From assembly GCA_977862235.1 (NCBI GenBank), contig OZ374559.1:434001-498000 (forward strand): a stretch of DNA of 64,000 nucleotides, in the 5' to 3' direction. Position numbers and translations under genes: made by a program. Source of the stretch: Dudresnaya verticillata. Taxonomy: Eukaryota. The notes under the pieces are model-generated. The model was not told where the DNA came from, made no database searches, and saw only the letters and a program-made list of their open reading frames with translations. Below are positions 1 through 13,285 of the stretch, one piece after another. The first letter of the stretch is position 1; each line of letters starts with the position of its first letter.

Positions 1-296
1 GCAGCCGCGACAAGCGGACTCGCACAGGCGGTGGCGCTTGTCGAACCGTATGCCGCGCGAGGTGGAGGCGGCGCTTTGCCGCACAGCTGAGGCTCTGCTT
101 CGTTCGACGCCAAAGCCCCAAATGTCTCTTCCTGCCCGTGCCGGCACTACTGGTCCAAGTGGCCCAACCAAATCACCCCAAGCACCAAATCAGATCCGGT
201 TCCCCTCAAATCGCGATCCACCCGCTGCGCCCGCCGCTCATCCCGAGCACGTCACCACCCCAACAACCACGAACCGCTGCTTCAACCGCAATCGCT

Positions 297-327
<31 letters not shown>

Positions 328-391
328 AGCCGCAGCCGTCACCATCGCCGGCACCACCGCCGGCTTCCGCCATCACCACGCCTTCCACACC

Positions 392-1375
392 ATGCTCCGC
401 CAGGGAGCGAGAGCCGTAAGGTCGCACACGCGCCCGCTCGCGCACGCAGCGCAGGCGCGCGTCGCGCCGTTGCCGCCGCCGTGCGCCGCGCCGCCACCGC
501 CGCTGCGCCGCGCGCGGCCCGCCGTGCACCGCCAGAGCGCCAAGTGGCGCGGGCCGGCCGCCGCGGCCGCGTCCGCGGCCGCGTCCTCGGCCGCGTCGCC
601 CGCGCCGAGCAACCCGTCGCCGCCGTCGCCGTCGCCGCCGCCGTCCGACCCGCGCACGCGCCTGCTGCTGTCGTACCACGACCTCGAGCGCGCGCTGGAG
701 CGCCGCGGGCTCAACCGCTTTCGCGTCCTCATCGCCGCGGTCCTGGCGTCCGCGGCCGCCGTCGGCCTCGCCTGGCCGCGTATCAAGCAGTGGGGCGCCG
801 TTGAGGGCGCCGAGGTTGCCGCGGCCAGTCTTGAGATGGAGGAGCTGCAGGAGAAGGCTGCCGCCATGGTCGTCGACGTTTTGTCTGATCAGAAGACCGC
901 GCGTCAGGTTGAGACCTTGCTGAAAGATGCTGTATTGGGCCTGTTTCAGGACGAAGAGTTTACAGACAAGGCCGTCGGGTGGACCGCAAAGGTTCTTGCG
1001 GAGGCTGTCACTTGGGATGAGGTCGTGCAGAAGGGCACTCGCTATGTCTCCACTGTGCTTGCGGAATCCGATTCCAAGCGCAGCGCCCAGGTCTACCTCA
1101 CAGAAGCCATTAATAACGTGGTTGAGAACGAGGAGGTGCAGGACACTGTTGCAAAGGTTGGTTGTTGCGTTTCCTTTCTCGAGTGAAACCACTTTGCGGG
1201 TTGCGGCGAAAGCGTCTCTTCGTGGAGCTGACCACTTCTATTGTTTCTGTTTTCATTTGTCTCTGCGTTGTAGGGGTTGTGGTCCGGCGTACGAGCCAGC
1301 TTTGTAGGGAGACGAGCACCTCGCGTGATGCCAAGCACAAACGAAAACCCGACTAGTGCCGAAAGCGCTTCCTGA
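392..1375 (+). CDS. Two-exon hypothetical membrane protein, probably mitochondrion-targeted (exons 392-1156 and 1274-1375)
   Basis: ATG at 392 gives an Arg/Ala-rich presequence-like N-terminus (MLRQGARAVRSH), one hydrophobic segment (VLIAAVLASAAAVGLAW) and an acidic helical region. GT at 1157, branch-like GCTGAC at ~1227 and TAG at 1271-1273 define an intron; splicing continues in frame as VAK/GLWSGVRASF to TGA 1373-1375. Confidence 0.75.
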
Positions 1376-4300
1376 TAATGGTAACATGATGGTCTGTCGT
1401 AAGCATCGTAAGAGCGCTGGCTGTGGTACATCTCGAAGCACAATGGCGTGGCGGGAGATCTTCTCGAGGACACGCGGGCTCGCGCAGAGTAGGTCGAGCA
1501 CGCTTGGTTAGTCTAGCCGACCAAGTCAGAACGGGATGCATTTCTACATTCACCACACGACTTGGTGCAGTTCGCCAAGAGTCTGCCCCGGGCATGGCCA
1601 GACAGGCATCTACGTTCTCGTCAAATCAAGTGTGCACTCCGCAGATACACAAGCTCGTCGTCTTTCCAAAGCGTATGCCAGACTCGATTAGTTCCTGTGT
1701 AGCGAACTAACGGAACAAGCGATTCGCGTCCCACAGTCAATGCTGTACATTGGCGGCGGAATTATAGTTAGAGCTCAAAGGGAACTCAGCTCACGGGTCG
1801 ACTTAACACTACACAATCTGGAGGGGCGCAGCCTGAAAATGGAGAACAACTAGATTCGGGTCAACTTTCTCGGAAGTTGCCGTGGTATGGTTTGGCAGGT
1901 TACTTTCAAGTGCTCGTAGTGAGCTAGATGCCTTGGAAGAGCGAAATTTCCGTTCGGATCCGGAGTACAGGTATTGGAGAAGATACTGGCAGTTGCACGT
2001 ACGCGCGAGGCATTGCGAACGTATGCGGTGACGATGCTGTCTACGGTCGTCGACGGAAGATTGGCAGTGCCAGGATGACACGTATGCACCGTTTGGAGTT
2101 GAGATACGCATACCGGCTGGAGCGGGTGTGGCTTTCCGAGCGGGCTGGGCAATCAGACTGCCGGGGACGTGTTTGCGGGGGGATGCAAGTTGATTTGCAA
2201 GGCCAAGAGGCGGCACAATCCATGTTTGGAGACAATATGACGTCGAGCGCAATCGCGGATCGCCCTCAAACGACTCCCGCACAGATGGAGAACAGTGAGC
2301 GTCTGAGTGGACGAGGATTGATCGTGCGAGGAATCTTGTTCAGAATGGTCGTAACACATTTTGGAGGAGTTGTGCGCAAATTCGACGTACAGGTGCGAGG
2401 AAACAGCGCCGATCTCATGCGTGCGTGGCGAACCGAACAAGAACGTTGCAGAAAGCCATGGCCTCCGGGTAGGTTTTCTTTGCGGCACTTGTCATTGACT
2501 GGAGCGGAGAGCCATGCAACGTACCGTTGGGACCTCCGGTGGATAGGCGATAGCCGAGCAGAGATTTTCAAAGTGTTGCAGTAAACCCGTCAACATGCAC
2601 AGCATGACGACAAGCATGGACCGCATGGCGATAAGCGTATTGGTGTCGGCCTCCAGAACGGTGTGCAGCGGAAACTGCAAGGTCAGGTCGGTGTTGTATT
2701 CGAGTGGTGAATCGCTCCGCCTGGCAAGCGTTTGTGGCTGTTGACTCGTCGGAACAGCCTAACAGAGTAATCGCCAACTTTCGACGAGCCATCCCTCGAC
2801 CGCATTGCGATGAGACAGACGCACCTTCATGAGTAGCCTGTGGCGGCTCCGCGTTACGTCCAGTGGCCATCGGGAGCATTGTGAAGAGCTTGCACGTATC
2901 GGAACCGAGCAGAGTATGCATGGGCAGCGGAGCTCGGCCACACACTCGCATTCAAAGGGGAAGATCTGTGCGTTTCCGGAAAGCCCTGCGGGCTCCGTCG
3001 TCGTCTCGCGATTCCTGCCTCAAGCACGAAGAAGCGCATCTGTTGTGACCTGGGCTCGCCAAACAGGCTCAAATTCCAGATCGCGCTGCGCCGAACGCGA
3101 CGCGTGCAGACAGTCAGCGAGGTAGAAAGCCCGGATGTGTATTGACGGAAGGCCGGGTCGACGAGCGACTACGCGTAGTGACGCAGGAGCAGATGAGGAG
3201 CGCGGTAGCGAGAGTCTGATGACTTGTGTCCGGTGCTGCGTTGCGGTCAGATCAGCCGCGATTGGACCAAGTGGCTCCAGTACTGTGTCAGAGATTGTTA
3301 GCTGGCAGCAGGTCTTGAGAAGATCCGGATGCACGAAACAGCGAATCGCGATGCCGCAGCGTGCGTCACCCCACGACCCACTGGGGCTATTCTCTCAGCC
3401 GCCTTTCGGCTCGAAGAAGAACAATGCTTCTCCTCTGCCTTTGTGCTTGCCCAAAGGGATTCTTTCTTGTGCTTATCCTCTCTCTTCTTTTCTGGCGTAG
3501 GCTCGGTCATCAGTGCCCTGAATAAGTTCCCCGTCTCTCTTTGTCAGTCCAGACGCATTGGCCTGCACAATTTGAGCACAATGCAGGGCGCCGCAAGAAG
3601 CATACCATACCTGTGCACTCTCCACCTCTCCCGGACACAGGCACGACCACACAGCGTCCACACGAATTTTGAGTGCCGTACCCGAGTGCCCGGACCAAGT
3701 GAGGCTGCGAGTGAGACGAGCTGTTCAACATTACACATTGGCCGTGAGGGCCCTCACGAGGGCGCGAGCCGCCGGCTGCCACAGCACTCACGGTACTCGG
3801 AATTAAGTCTAGGAGTTGTCCGCCGAGTAGCATCGCTCTGGTCATCCGATGCGACAGCGGCTGCGACTGCGTTGAGGAAACAATCGAGGCACACGCGTGC
3901 CTCATCATCCGGGTGGATAGGCTAACGTTGTGAATTTCAATGCGTCACGCCCCTGTGCATGAAATGCGTGCGCAGGGGCGCGGCACATGGCACTGGGTGG
4001 AGCCTGGCTTCATCTGCGACTTGATAGGGGAGACTCTCGGGCTTGTAAGAACCATTCATGGTTTCGTCTGGATGCGGGGCTGAATATTGGGATTGTTGAT
4101 AGGGTCGACGGCGTCCGGTTTTGGCTGCAGGCCCAGGAGAGGGGTACCATCCACGTCAAGAAAGTTGTAGTTGCGACATGCGATCATTGTGGGACTCAGT
4201 CTGCCTTTCTGCAACTAACATCTGCGGCCTCTGTGAGAAACGGAAGTCTGGCTGAGGACCTTTGAGAAAGCTTCGAAGACGGTGGCAACTTATCCGACCA

Positions 4301-7300
4301 AGGCCGAGCGATGTGAGATGGTGAGATGGTAATCGAGACTGTTGATGTGTCAACAACACGGGCAATGGATGCCAGATGGTCGGGGCGCGATAGAATGCTG
4401 GCCAGCAGCGCTGTATTTTTATCCATGATGGCGGCCTTGGAACTCAAGGCATACTGTATATCGAAGAGCTCGACTGCACTGTGTGGCGTACAAGGTGCGA
4501 CTCGGCATGTATAATGCGGGTAGCATGACCTTGGCGATTCAAAAAAGCCAGGGAGCTGGCGGAAAAGTTGCCGAACAGCAATGCTCGAATACTCCGCTTG
4601 TCCTAAACCCCAGTCCATCACAATATAAGGCTTCACGTATCAGCAAACCTTCCATTCGGGAACAGACACGCCGGTGTTTTTTGAATGCATGTGCGATAGC
4701 AGGATCGTAGACGGAACGTATGGTCTCAATTGAAAGCAATATTTGAATACAATGCTCGCGAAGAGTAGGCATGTGACGCTTAGAAGGTGCGGTACCAGCC
4801 ACGCGCTCTGCGTGGATGATTGTAACAAGGTTATTGACTGGTCCTACGTGGGCAGCTGGGGCCAGATGTGCACCAATGCCAGAACGGATCGCGTAACAGT
4901 CCTTTCAAAATCATCTCTCTGACACCGCATACCCGAACAAAGGTGAAAAGGCGATGTCGGTTGAGCGGGTAAGGCTTGCTGTGGCGTGGAGCAGAAGGAA
5001 AATCTGCTGAGGATCATGTTGTGCCCGGTAGGATATCTTACGTTGATGTCATGCGCCGTTTGCTCCGATAGAGCCACTGCCATGATCTGTGTCCTTATTG
5101 GCTGCAAATCCAACCTGGTCAACAATTGATCAGCATTTGGAAACGTCCACCCATTACTCCGCGTGCGGCGATGTCACCCTTAACGATCTCGCCCCTCAGA
5201 CAAGTCCGCGTGCAAGGCTCCAAGACCATTGCAAGCAGAGCTCGACAAGCAGATCCTTTACGAGCAAGAGGACAAGGCCCTGTCGGTTGACGAAGCAGCT
5301 TTCGCAGTATCATTCCGTATATATGCTGCTGCTTACAAAAGTTTGTTTGCTTCCCACCTAGTCTTGAAGGAGCAAATTCTGTTGCCTATCTCTGTTCTAA
5401 AGCTAAGTAAGTTTCTCGCGCAACATTTCCTGTACGCGACCTTCTCGGATACCTTCAGTGGGATACCTGCAGACTTCCCTTCAGACCGTGGACCATTCGC
5501 GCATGCTGCCACGTATGCACGCACTCCGTCACTCGCGACGCACTCAACAAAAGCGCTTCACCGTTGCATCTTGACTTGGACACGGAAAGGCTTGAGGGCG
5601 TATCTCCGAAACTCCTCGCGAAGACCCTCAAACAATTCCCCGGCATCTTTGACTCAGCCAAGATCGCCGAGGCCTGCAGCTCATCAAGAGGATGAGGTCA
5701 TGGCCTCGGCCATCTTAGCTGCACGACAGCTGAAGGACCATATGTGGTTTCACGTCGCCCACTACGAGACAGAATTTCCTTCCGGCGATGACAGTTGTGA
5801 GCCAATTTGCCAGCCGATCTCTCGGAAGCAGTAGTCGTAAGCACCTCTCCATTTCTCGTCGTAGTTCCCTCTTCAGCTTTCTTAGAGGTACTCTCGACAT
5901 CTGGAGTTAAATGGGGCTCCAACGCGGCATCCTTAGAGGCCGGCTTTGGTGTCCGATGTTGTACCCGATTCGACACGTTCTGTAGAGCAACTGGGTTCTT
6001 GGTCAGCAGAATCACGATTTGGACACCAATAGCGAAATTGGCCTCGTTGGACTCTACAATCGATATCTAGCTCTTCTTTGCCAGTACGGGGGCGTATATA
6101 TACGAGAAAAGCTGGGTGCAGGTCGCGCCGTCGTGACACCGGCGGAACCTTCATCCGGCTTCGAACTAGGCCTTGTCATTGACACGACGTTGCGACATGC
6201 GAGAAGCATTGAGGCCACCATCTGGCAGCCGATCCAGAACCGGAATGAGAACAACGGCGAACAGCGCTGGATGGGGCTCTGGGTCGGAACTAAGTTGAAG
6301 TCGATAAACATCAGTAGCTGTGGCTGTAGAAACAACCATCGTGAGAGTTTGTGTGCTTCTCTGTGGGAATGGTCTGCGAGAAGGCTGTATTCTTGCCGTG
6401 AAGTTTGGATAAAGTGCCGAGTACAGAACGAGGAGCAGCACGACGCCGTTACTTGTACCGGAATATTCGAGAGGCGTTGATGACAGTCCCGGCAACATGG
6501 GCCAGTGCAGTGTGTGGGCGAGGGCTAGCGAACATAGCCTTTGTGCCAAAAGAGCAGAGCCATGGCCATTTGCGGCCATGGTAGAGATCAGAAGCAGTGC
6601 CAAAAAGGCACTGACAGACTGTCCGGGGCGAATGTTGAAACACGGTAGTGCAAGGCAAAGAAGCCTTTGGCGATACGCATGGGCGAGCAGGGATGATTTT
6701 CCGGCAAGATGACTCTCGAGGCGGCAGCAGTGGATGTTGACCAGCACAGATATGATATTTTTGAGTAAATTTGATCTCTCTCCCCGATAGCTAGTTCTGT
6801 AGACGAAGTTATGATGAAGCAGGAAGGGATCACAAGAGCGTGGACAGGTAAATGCCGAATGGAATTCCTGGGCGGGTTGTTGACACGGGAAAAGCGGATG
6901 TAAGAGTGTCGGGGGAGGGAGGCATCGAAGGCGGGTTGTAGGGATTGTTTCCGGATGGCAACACAGCACAAAACCGTGTACTGCACCTACACAATTCTAA
7001 CAGGGATGTAGTGGGAGCTCAGGCATAGAGGGTTGGGCGGGTAATGGGAGGGAACAAGCACCTCTCAAAGACTTGCCGCGTTGACTGCGATCAGCAAGAA
7101 CATGGCCGACATACCACCACTGCTCTAACCACCCCATGTTCGTAACACAAGTTAATGGTAAACTCTCATCCAACGCCGAATGTCCTTCCTGGATTAACTA
7201 CGCCGTTGTGCCAATTCACAGAACCGCACAGTCCACCATAGATACTGCCCCTATTGTTGGGCGCGTCAGGGATTTACGCTAGCCAGTAAGCACTGGCCAA

Positions 7301-7383
7301 AAGAAACGGTTTACTTTAAGCTTGGATACGAAAGTCTATCGGAAACCGCCACTCGGATTCTCTTCAATGACATCCAGAGTGGT

Positions 7384-7836
7384 TCAGGTATTCCGAGCAG
7401 TCTCGCGATTGAGGGCTTCAACTGCCGTCATGGTCCCGAACAGAGCAAGAGCCTCTTCGACAGCTCCTGGATCCACGTTTTCAATCTCGGCTTCCAGAAC
7501 TCCCATTCCCACGCGGAAGCTGCGCCCAACTTGCTCGTGAAGGTCCCTCTCAGCCCCTGGAGTCATAGCGTTATGCGAGGTAGCACGCATCAGCACAAAG
7601 CGAAGCGCAGTGGTTACATTCGCTACAGTGCGCCTGATTTCGCGGCGGTTGTTGGTTGGCACGTCTCGGGAGCTTCTGTTCCTGTCTTCACGCTCAACGT
7701 TTCGGGAGCTTCTGTTCCTGTCTTCACGTTCACCGTTTCGGGAGCTTCTGTTCCTGTCTTCACGCTCACCGGTCCCGCGGCGCACGTCGCGCGGTCGCGA
7801 CCTATCACGACGCCTAGTCGGGAACGCTCCAGGCAT
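7384..7836 (-). CDS. Orphan protein with Arg-rich repeats, paralog of 11595-12035
   Basis: ATG at 7836 in caacATGCC context; C-terminal block LMRATSHNAMTPGAERDLHEQVGRSFR aligns with the ORF at 11595-12035. Confidence 0.5.
   Translation of the reverse strand: MPGAFPTRRRDRSRPRDVRRGTGEREDRNRSSRNGEREDRNRSSRNVEREDRNRSSRDVPTNNRREIRRTVANVTTALRFVLMRATSHNAMTPGAERDLHEQVGRSFRVGMGVLEAEIENVDPGAVEEALALFGTMTAVEALNRETARNT
7665..7770. repeat. Three tandem 33-bp repeats encoding EREDRNRSSRN on the minus strand
   Basis: cgggagcttctgttcctgtcttcacg recurs three times at 33-bp spacing. Confidence 0.9.
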
Positions 7837-8062
7837 GTTGCTGGGGTGCGGTGTAGCAGTCGAAGGTGGCCAAGCTGGGAATGAATCTCTTCGTGTCGGT
7901 GCGGTGAGCTTGGAGTGGGAGTCAGGTTTGAGTGAGCAGGTGCATCTTGAGGGGTCACGTTCTGGACATTTCATTTCTCGTCGACGACCGGCGTCCAGAG
8001 ACACCAGAACCGAAAACTTTCCTAATTTTCCTTTTTTTTGTTCCTGTATCGACCTTTGCTGT

Positions 8063-8155
8063 CCAGCGACATTGCCGCGTAGTGTCATCGCGAGCAAGTA
8101 ATGCAGAACCAGCGACTTTGCCGCGTAGTGTCATCGCGAGCAAGTAATGCAGAAC
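8063..8155. repeat. Tandem duplication of ~46 bp
   Basis: ccagcgac(a/t)ttgccgcgtagtgtcatcgcgagcaagtaatgcagaa occurs twice back to back. Confidence 0.9.
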
Positions 8156-8514
8156 AATCGCCCATTTTCGTCTTTTTAAACCCTAGCTAGTACCAGTCTT
8201 CTTGGTTTGAACTTAATGTCGAAACCCAGTCCTCGCATCAAAGAACCAACTCCTTGCTTGTCCTTGAGTGTAACATCCAATTTCACAGTTGTTCCCATAA
8301 ACAAATGCACTCAACGTAGTTGAACAAACTTTATCATCATTTCCATGGAGATCAATAGTTGTTGATTTCAAGTCTCGATTCTATATATTATTATGTTGCC
8401 CTTGTTCTACCCCTTTAATAGGTTCTCTCTCTCCCACTCTGCACTTTAGCGGAAGAGGCAATGGCCCCTACCTTCCCATCTCCCTATCCAGCGGAAGAAA
8501 TGCCCATGAGGCTA

Positions 8515-9800
8515 TCGTGATGTTGCAATATTTAATGTTCTTTTTGGTGATCCAGCGCGGGAGACTAGGGCCCATTTGCAGGCACAAAACAAATAGAACA
8601 GTGGATGGTATGGGGACTACTGGGTTGGTTGTGGGTATTCGTAGGAGCTCAGAATCCGGATCTGTGCTACTGAATTGACTATGGCTTGAAGGGTGGATGG
8701 AAACGGGTTGGGTTCACCAAGGGCTTGTAGCTTGGAGGCGTATATACACGTGGATAGTTTCACGGACTGTCGGGCGTTGGGTTGGGACCGGTAAGGTGCC
8801 TAGATGCCAGCGTATTGCTGGTTTCTATCACGATGGTCCTGGAGCTTCAGAGCTGCGGAAACTTGCCGGTTGTCATCCAGAGGGGCTGGGCGATGCCCAG
8901 CAGGTGCGCATCGCCACTGTCTTGCTGCCTTGTCGCCCAGTACCACATCCTAGAGCGCTTCTTAATCGACCGGGAATAGGGCGGAGTCGGGGAGGGCTCG
9001 TATCACGTCATAGTTCACTGAGCCTGGGAAGCCGCAGGTTGTGTACCAAGGCATAGCAGTTGTTTCAAGCTTTTGTTTTTGTTTTGCACGTATCTCTGTC
9101 AGTTACGGGGCTCCTGAAGGCGGAGCAGGGTGCGTAGCTTGCTAACCTGGGATGTAGACATACGGTCAGCTCTTGCGCAATTACCAGTCGGAAGAACATG
9201 CCGTCAAGATGATGAATGGCAACCAGTACGACCTGGCTGTATGGCACCAGTGTGCATCCATACTCGTATACAGGTCTTATGAAGGACTTGTATACAAACT
9301 GCACTCCAGCGAGGACATTTGTGAGAATGAATCCCATTGCAACGAGTGAGCGCAATGCCTTCTTGGCCACTTCGATCCGGCTCAGGGTCGCGGCTATGCC
9401 AACACCTGATTCCAGGAATTACACGCTGAGGTATTTCGCGGTATTGCGGAGCTGGACACGCTGTCCACTGAGCCTGACAACAGATGACGAGGGGCGACTC
9501 GGGTGGCGCTCCTGTAAGTGCAAAGGTTGTGAAAGGACCCTCGCCATAAGTAAGTGTACAACCCTTGCACAGCATTTATGTTTATTGGCACTAGTCGCAA
9601 ACAGGCGTCAAAGGAGTAAAGGGAGAGGAGGCGGAGCGGTGGGGACTTATGATTGCACAGAAGAAAGAAATACTATACTTCGACTGGGGATATAGTATGG
9701 TATGTTGTATGGCTGTCTCAGGAGGTGCACCTATTGCAGTAGAGGACAACATCTCTGGAATGAAGCCAGGATCAGTCTGGTATCTTTGGTTTGACATGTA
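8515..9800 (-). mobile_element. Decayed non-LTR (LINE) retrotransposon 3' part, copy a
   Basis: Minus-strand YKSFIRPVYEYG resembles the conserved post-RT motif of LINE ORF2; LQDHRDR..IRWHLGTLPVP near 8780-8860 and the 3' end atgggcc..gt..ccgcg..gga.cac are shared with copies b and c. Frameshifted; 5' boundary approximate. Confidence 0.65.
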
Positions 9801-9989
9801 AGCTTCTTCTCAAGCGTAGTTGTGGATTTCTTTCGTGGCATTCGATTAAACTTTGTCGAGCTGTTTCAATGTTTTGCCGAGGATGTGTCGCATACTTTCA
9901 TCTTAGCTTACTAAACTTGGCCCTATCAACCGTAACTACAGTAGTAGCAGTAGTAGTAGCGGTGGAAGTTGCAGTAGTAGTTCTTATTC

Positions 9990-10730
9990 GCGGCAGTGGC
10001 AATCAACAGATGCCCCACAGTGAGTTGCCGTGGTACCACATCAATCGCCAGACTCCGAGCATTGTTCAGATTCCCTCCACCGTTGTTCAGACAAGCAGCA
10101 ATACAAACCAAGTGGATCACTGCACTCTCCAAGCTCTCCAGAAGCCATCTTCCATCAGCGTGGCATGCCAAGGAAACTATGCGTGCCTTACGGAGTCTTC
10201 CGAAGATGGAACAAACCCTAACACCCACGCCATATCCTGTCATCCAGGCGCGGATCCTCGCCGCATGGAAGTCGGCCGTCGCAGGCCGGCGGTCTGCTCC
10301 GGTCCAAAATACATCGTCCCTACCCCCCGCGCTCAGGCTTTCTAACCACCGCGACCGTAAGCTTGCGGTTCGGTGGCATCTTGGCACCTTCCCAATTCCA
10401 CCTTCTGCGCAGTCACACGTTCAGAACTTCGTGAACGAGCCGCAGTCCTTCAAAAATTGCCACACCCCGCGAACAGCCCCTCAGACCTTACCGCTATCTC
10501 CACCGCCATTGACAAAATCCGCCGACTATGCGCACAAGATCATTCACCCCCCGTCCCCCACCGCCATCCAGTGCCCTCGTCAAAGATAGCTCATAGTCCC
10601 ATAGCACGCAACAAAACATATATACATAAGTCCACGAGCCCCTTTTTGCGGACCCTCAAGTGCGCCTGCACATGGGCCTAAGTTGCCCGCGTAGGACCAC
10701 TATAAACAACAATTAAAGAACAACATCACA
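9990..10730 (+). mobile_element. Decayed LINE 3' fragment, copy b
   Basis: LPPALRLSNHRDRKLAVRWHLGTFPIPP; ends atgggcctaagttgcccgcgtaggaccac followed by an A/C-rich tail. Confidence 0.6.
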
Positions 10731-11594
10731 TCACGACAGACAAATAGTGTCTGTTGAGTGAGGTCAAAACGAGTACTCGACGAGGTCATTAGACAAACTC
10801 TGATCCTGATCCATCATCGGTGCATTCCACTCGGGTTCTGCTTCGGTCAGCTGTGTTCCCGCAGCTCTCGAAGGGCAAAGCCCTATGGTTCTATACTTCG
10901 AACCTGGCATCCACTCAACAAAATTTGTTACCTTCATTGCTTCTACAAAAGGGACCCATTCTGCATCCTGAGAAGCGCTTCCGCCTTACTCTTTTTGTCC
11001 CTTTTGTCCTACAGTACGTGGCTGTGGTTGTTGGCGAAATCGCTATTACTCCCATATGTTTGCACTCTTCGCCCTGCGCGGGCACATCTGCTTGTACTGC
11101 AACTAGGTTGACCTACTGAGGAGACTGCAGGGAACTACTGCTCGATCTAGATATGTCCAGTCCCCATCGGGTTTGGCTTCTCTTTGAATTGAGTCCACTC
11201 TCCCTCTTCGGGAGTCTGCTGCGAATTTTTCCTACGGGTCAGCCTAGAAGAATATCGAATTTAGTAACTGCCAGCTCTGCCTTGAAAGCTACTTAAGAGG
11301 GGAATCTTTATGCAAAACACATGGTAGCGCTAAGAGTTCTCTCGTTTGCAATACTTTTACGCTCAGCTACAGCATTTCTAGATCATAAGAAGCAACTACA
11401 GATATAAAACAGATATAAAATAGCTCACAGCCAGAACTTTACCTTCGACACAGCTCTGGGCATCGCACATGCGGTCTAGTATTCTTGCTGTGGTTCGTCC
11501 CCTTCCCATACAAATGGACAGTTTTGAAAAATGATTTCACCCGAGTCGGTTGTAGTGTTCCCCCCAGTATCAGAATCCCTGTCAGAAGGTTCAA

Positions 11595-12035
11595 CTATCT
11601 TATAGTTCGAACAATATTGCGAGCCTCCTCTATAATTTCCGGATGATGTCTTTCAATCACCTGCCGGGTGGCTCCCAAGTCCGTCCTCAGTGAACGTGCG
11701 ATTTCTTCCCGAAGGTCACGTGCAGCTCCCTCAGTCATGTAGCGATGCGGAGTAGCTCGTCTGAGCATTTCACGTAGACGTTCAGTTAACTGCAACTGCG
11801 CGGTCATTCCACGGAAAAGGCCTTCGTTTTCTCTCGGTGCTTGTGTTTGTTGGAAGCGATCATGAATATAGTTTGCCTCGCTCATCGGTGCCGGGGGTCC
11901 TGTGGGAGCGCCGTGAAATACCCCCTCACGCACTTCATTGGTGTTTGCATAATTATCTTGAGGAACAGCTGGATTTCCCTCATCCTCTTGCGACCAGTGC
12001 CTTGTCCCAGGCGGGTAGAACATTGGACGAGGCAT
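11595..12035 (-). CDS. Orphan protein, paralog of 7384-7836
   Basis: ATG at 12035 in caacATGCC context; LRRATPHRYMTEGAARDLREEIARSLR aligns with the 7384-7836 product. Confidence 0.5.
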   Translation of the reverse strand: MPRPMFYPPGTRHWSQEDEGNPAVPQDNYANTNEVREGVFHGAPTGPPAPMSEANYIHDRFQQTQAPRENEGLFRGMTAQLQLTERLREMLRRATPHRYMTEGAARDLREEIARSLRTDLGATRQVIERHHPEIIEEARNIVRTIR

Positions 12036-13285
12036 GTTGAAGATCGAAATGTGGGCGTTGGCGGGTATGGAGCGCTCAGGAACTTGGAGACGACCGTCGT
12101 GGGGAATGTGGTTGTGTTTGGGCGCGCGTCGTGACCGAGACCGAAAATCCTGCCTCCGTGTGGAAGGTGTTTCGGTCTGGGCAAGTAGGGCGGAACTAAA
12201 TAGCACAACTCGGCCGCTTGTTCGTCGGGGAAGCTCGGCGGGGAATAGCGCCCGTAATTCTGGCCGACGTTCCCCGAATTTTCGAGTTTGTCATCTCCCG
12301 CAAAAAAAAGAAACAAAACCGAGGGCGGCAAGTTCGGTTCATGTAGACTGCCGACTCTCAGTGCGTCGGCCATGGTGATCCATCATGATGCTCTCAGCGT
12401 TTACATTGATTCCAGTGGGACTGAGACCTTGTCCGTGTAACGCGAATTATCATGTTCCAGTGCCAGTTTATCACGCAATGCTTGTCCGCCTTCAAGAATC
12501 GTTTGCAAAAAAAAAGGCAGTAGAGGCATCAGAGCCAAAAACCGAACTGATGGTCTTGCTAAAAACTTCATTTGCCGCCCAAACTACTAGTTCAAGCCGC
12601 ATGCTAACAAATTGCGATTGTTTCATCACAATAATAATCTAATAATCCACAGATATAATTCTTTAATAGACCGGGTTTGGACTGCGTTGACTGAAAAGGA
12701 GGCTGAGAGAGAGTTTGTAGAATTTTACTGGGAACGTTTGGACGGGGAGCGAGACTATTTCCTTGGATCGCATGTTCGGTGCGTGGCGACACCGTAGGGC
12801 GTTAAGAATGATCTAAAAGACTACAAAGGGTACTGCGTACCTGCCTGGCTGTTATCCAGCCACACTGGCGAGTAGGCAAGCGGCGTTGCGCTTCACTAGG
12901 ACAGCCGGAAGATGCGAGAAGCAACGGCTGGGTGAAACACTCCGCTTTTCGTTAAACCGCGAAGCACGCGCGTCGGCGATTCTCTGCATGTATCGGCGAG
13001 CGCTCCGAAGCCCGCCCCCGGTGCAGTTGAGGGAGAGAGGGAGAGAGAAGGAGAGATAGAAATCAACCTTATACAAAAGAGAGAGCGAGGAACTTTTCTC
13101 AGAAGAGCAAGAGAAGCGCTAGGTCTCCTCGTGGCCAATAGGCTCAAGAGATAGAGCAAGGCGACGGTGGTTGATTGCTAAAGATTGACAAGAGTGATGA
13201 CATTCGGTTTACTCTACTCAGTCTTTGATTGACTTTAGCATTCTCCTTGGTGAATACGGATTTGACACGAATATCAACACTTGTG

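Noticed and set aside
38..391. Upstream extension of the first ORF including a poly-Ala tract
   Set aside because: Begins at a non-ATG codon; the (GCC)n tract is better read as 5' UTR, and ATG 392 gives a plausible targeting peptide.
1800..7000. Many short overlapping ORFs (e.g. 1928-2584, 5229-5834, 6166-6969)
   Set aside because: No recognisable motifs or consistent frame; may be decayed genes or transposons, but unsupported.
7665..8155. Short direct repeats as a CRISPR array
   Set aside because: Repeats are contiguous without unique spacers, no cas genes, eukaryotic context.
12385..12860. Coding-like fragments (RVWTALTEKEAEREFVEFYWERL)
   Set aside because: Broken by stops and no family recognised.
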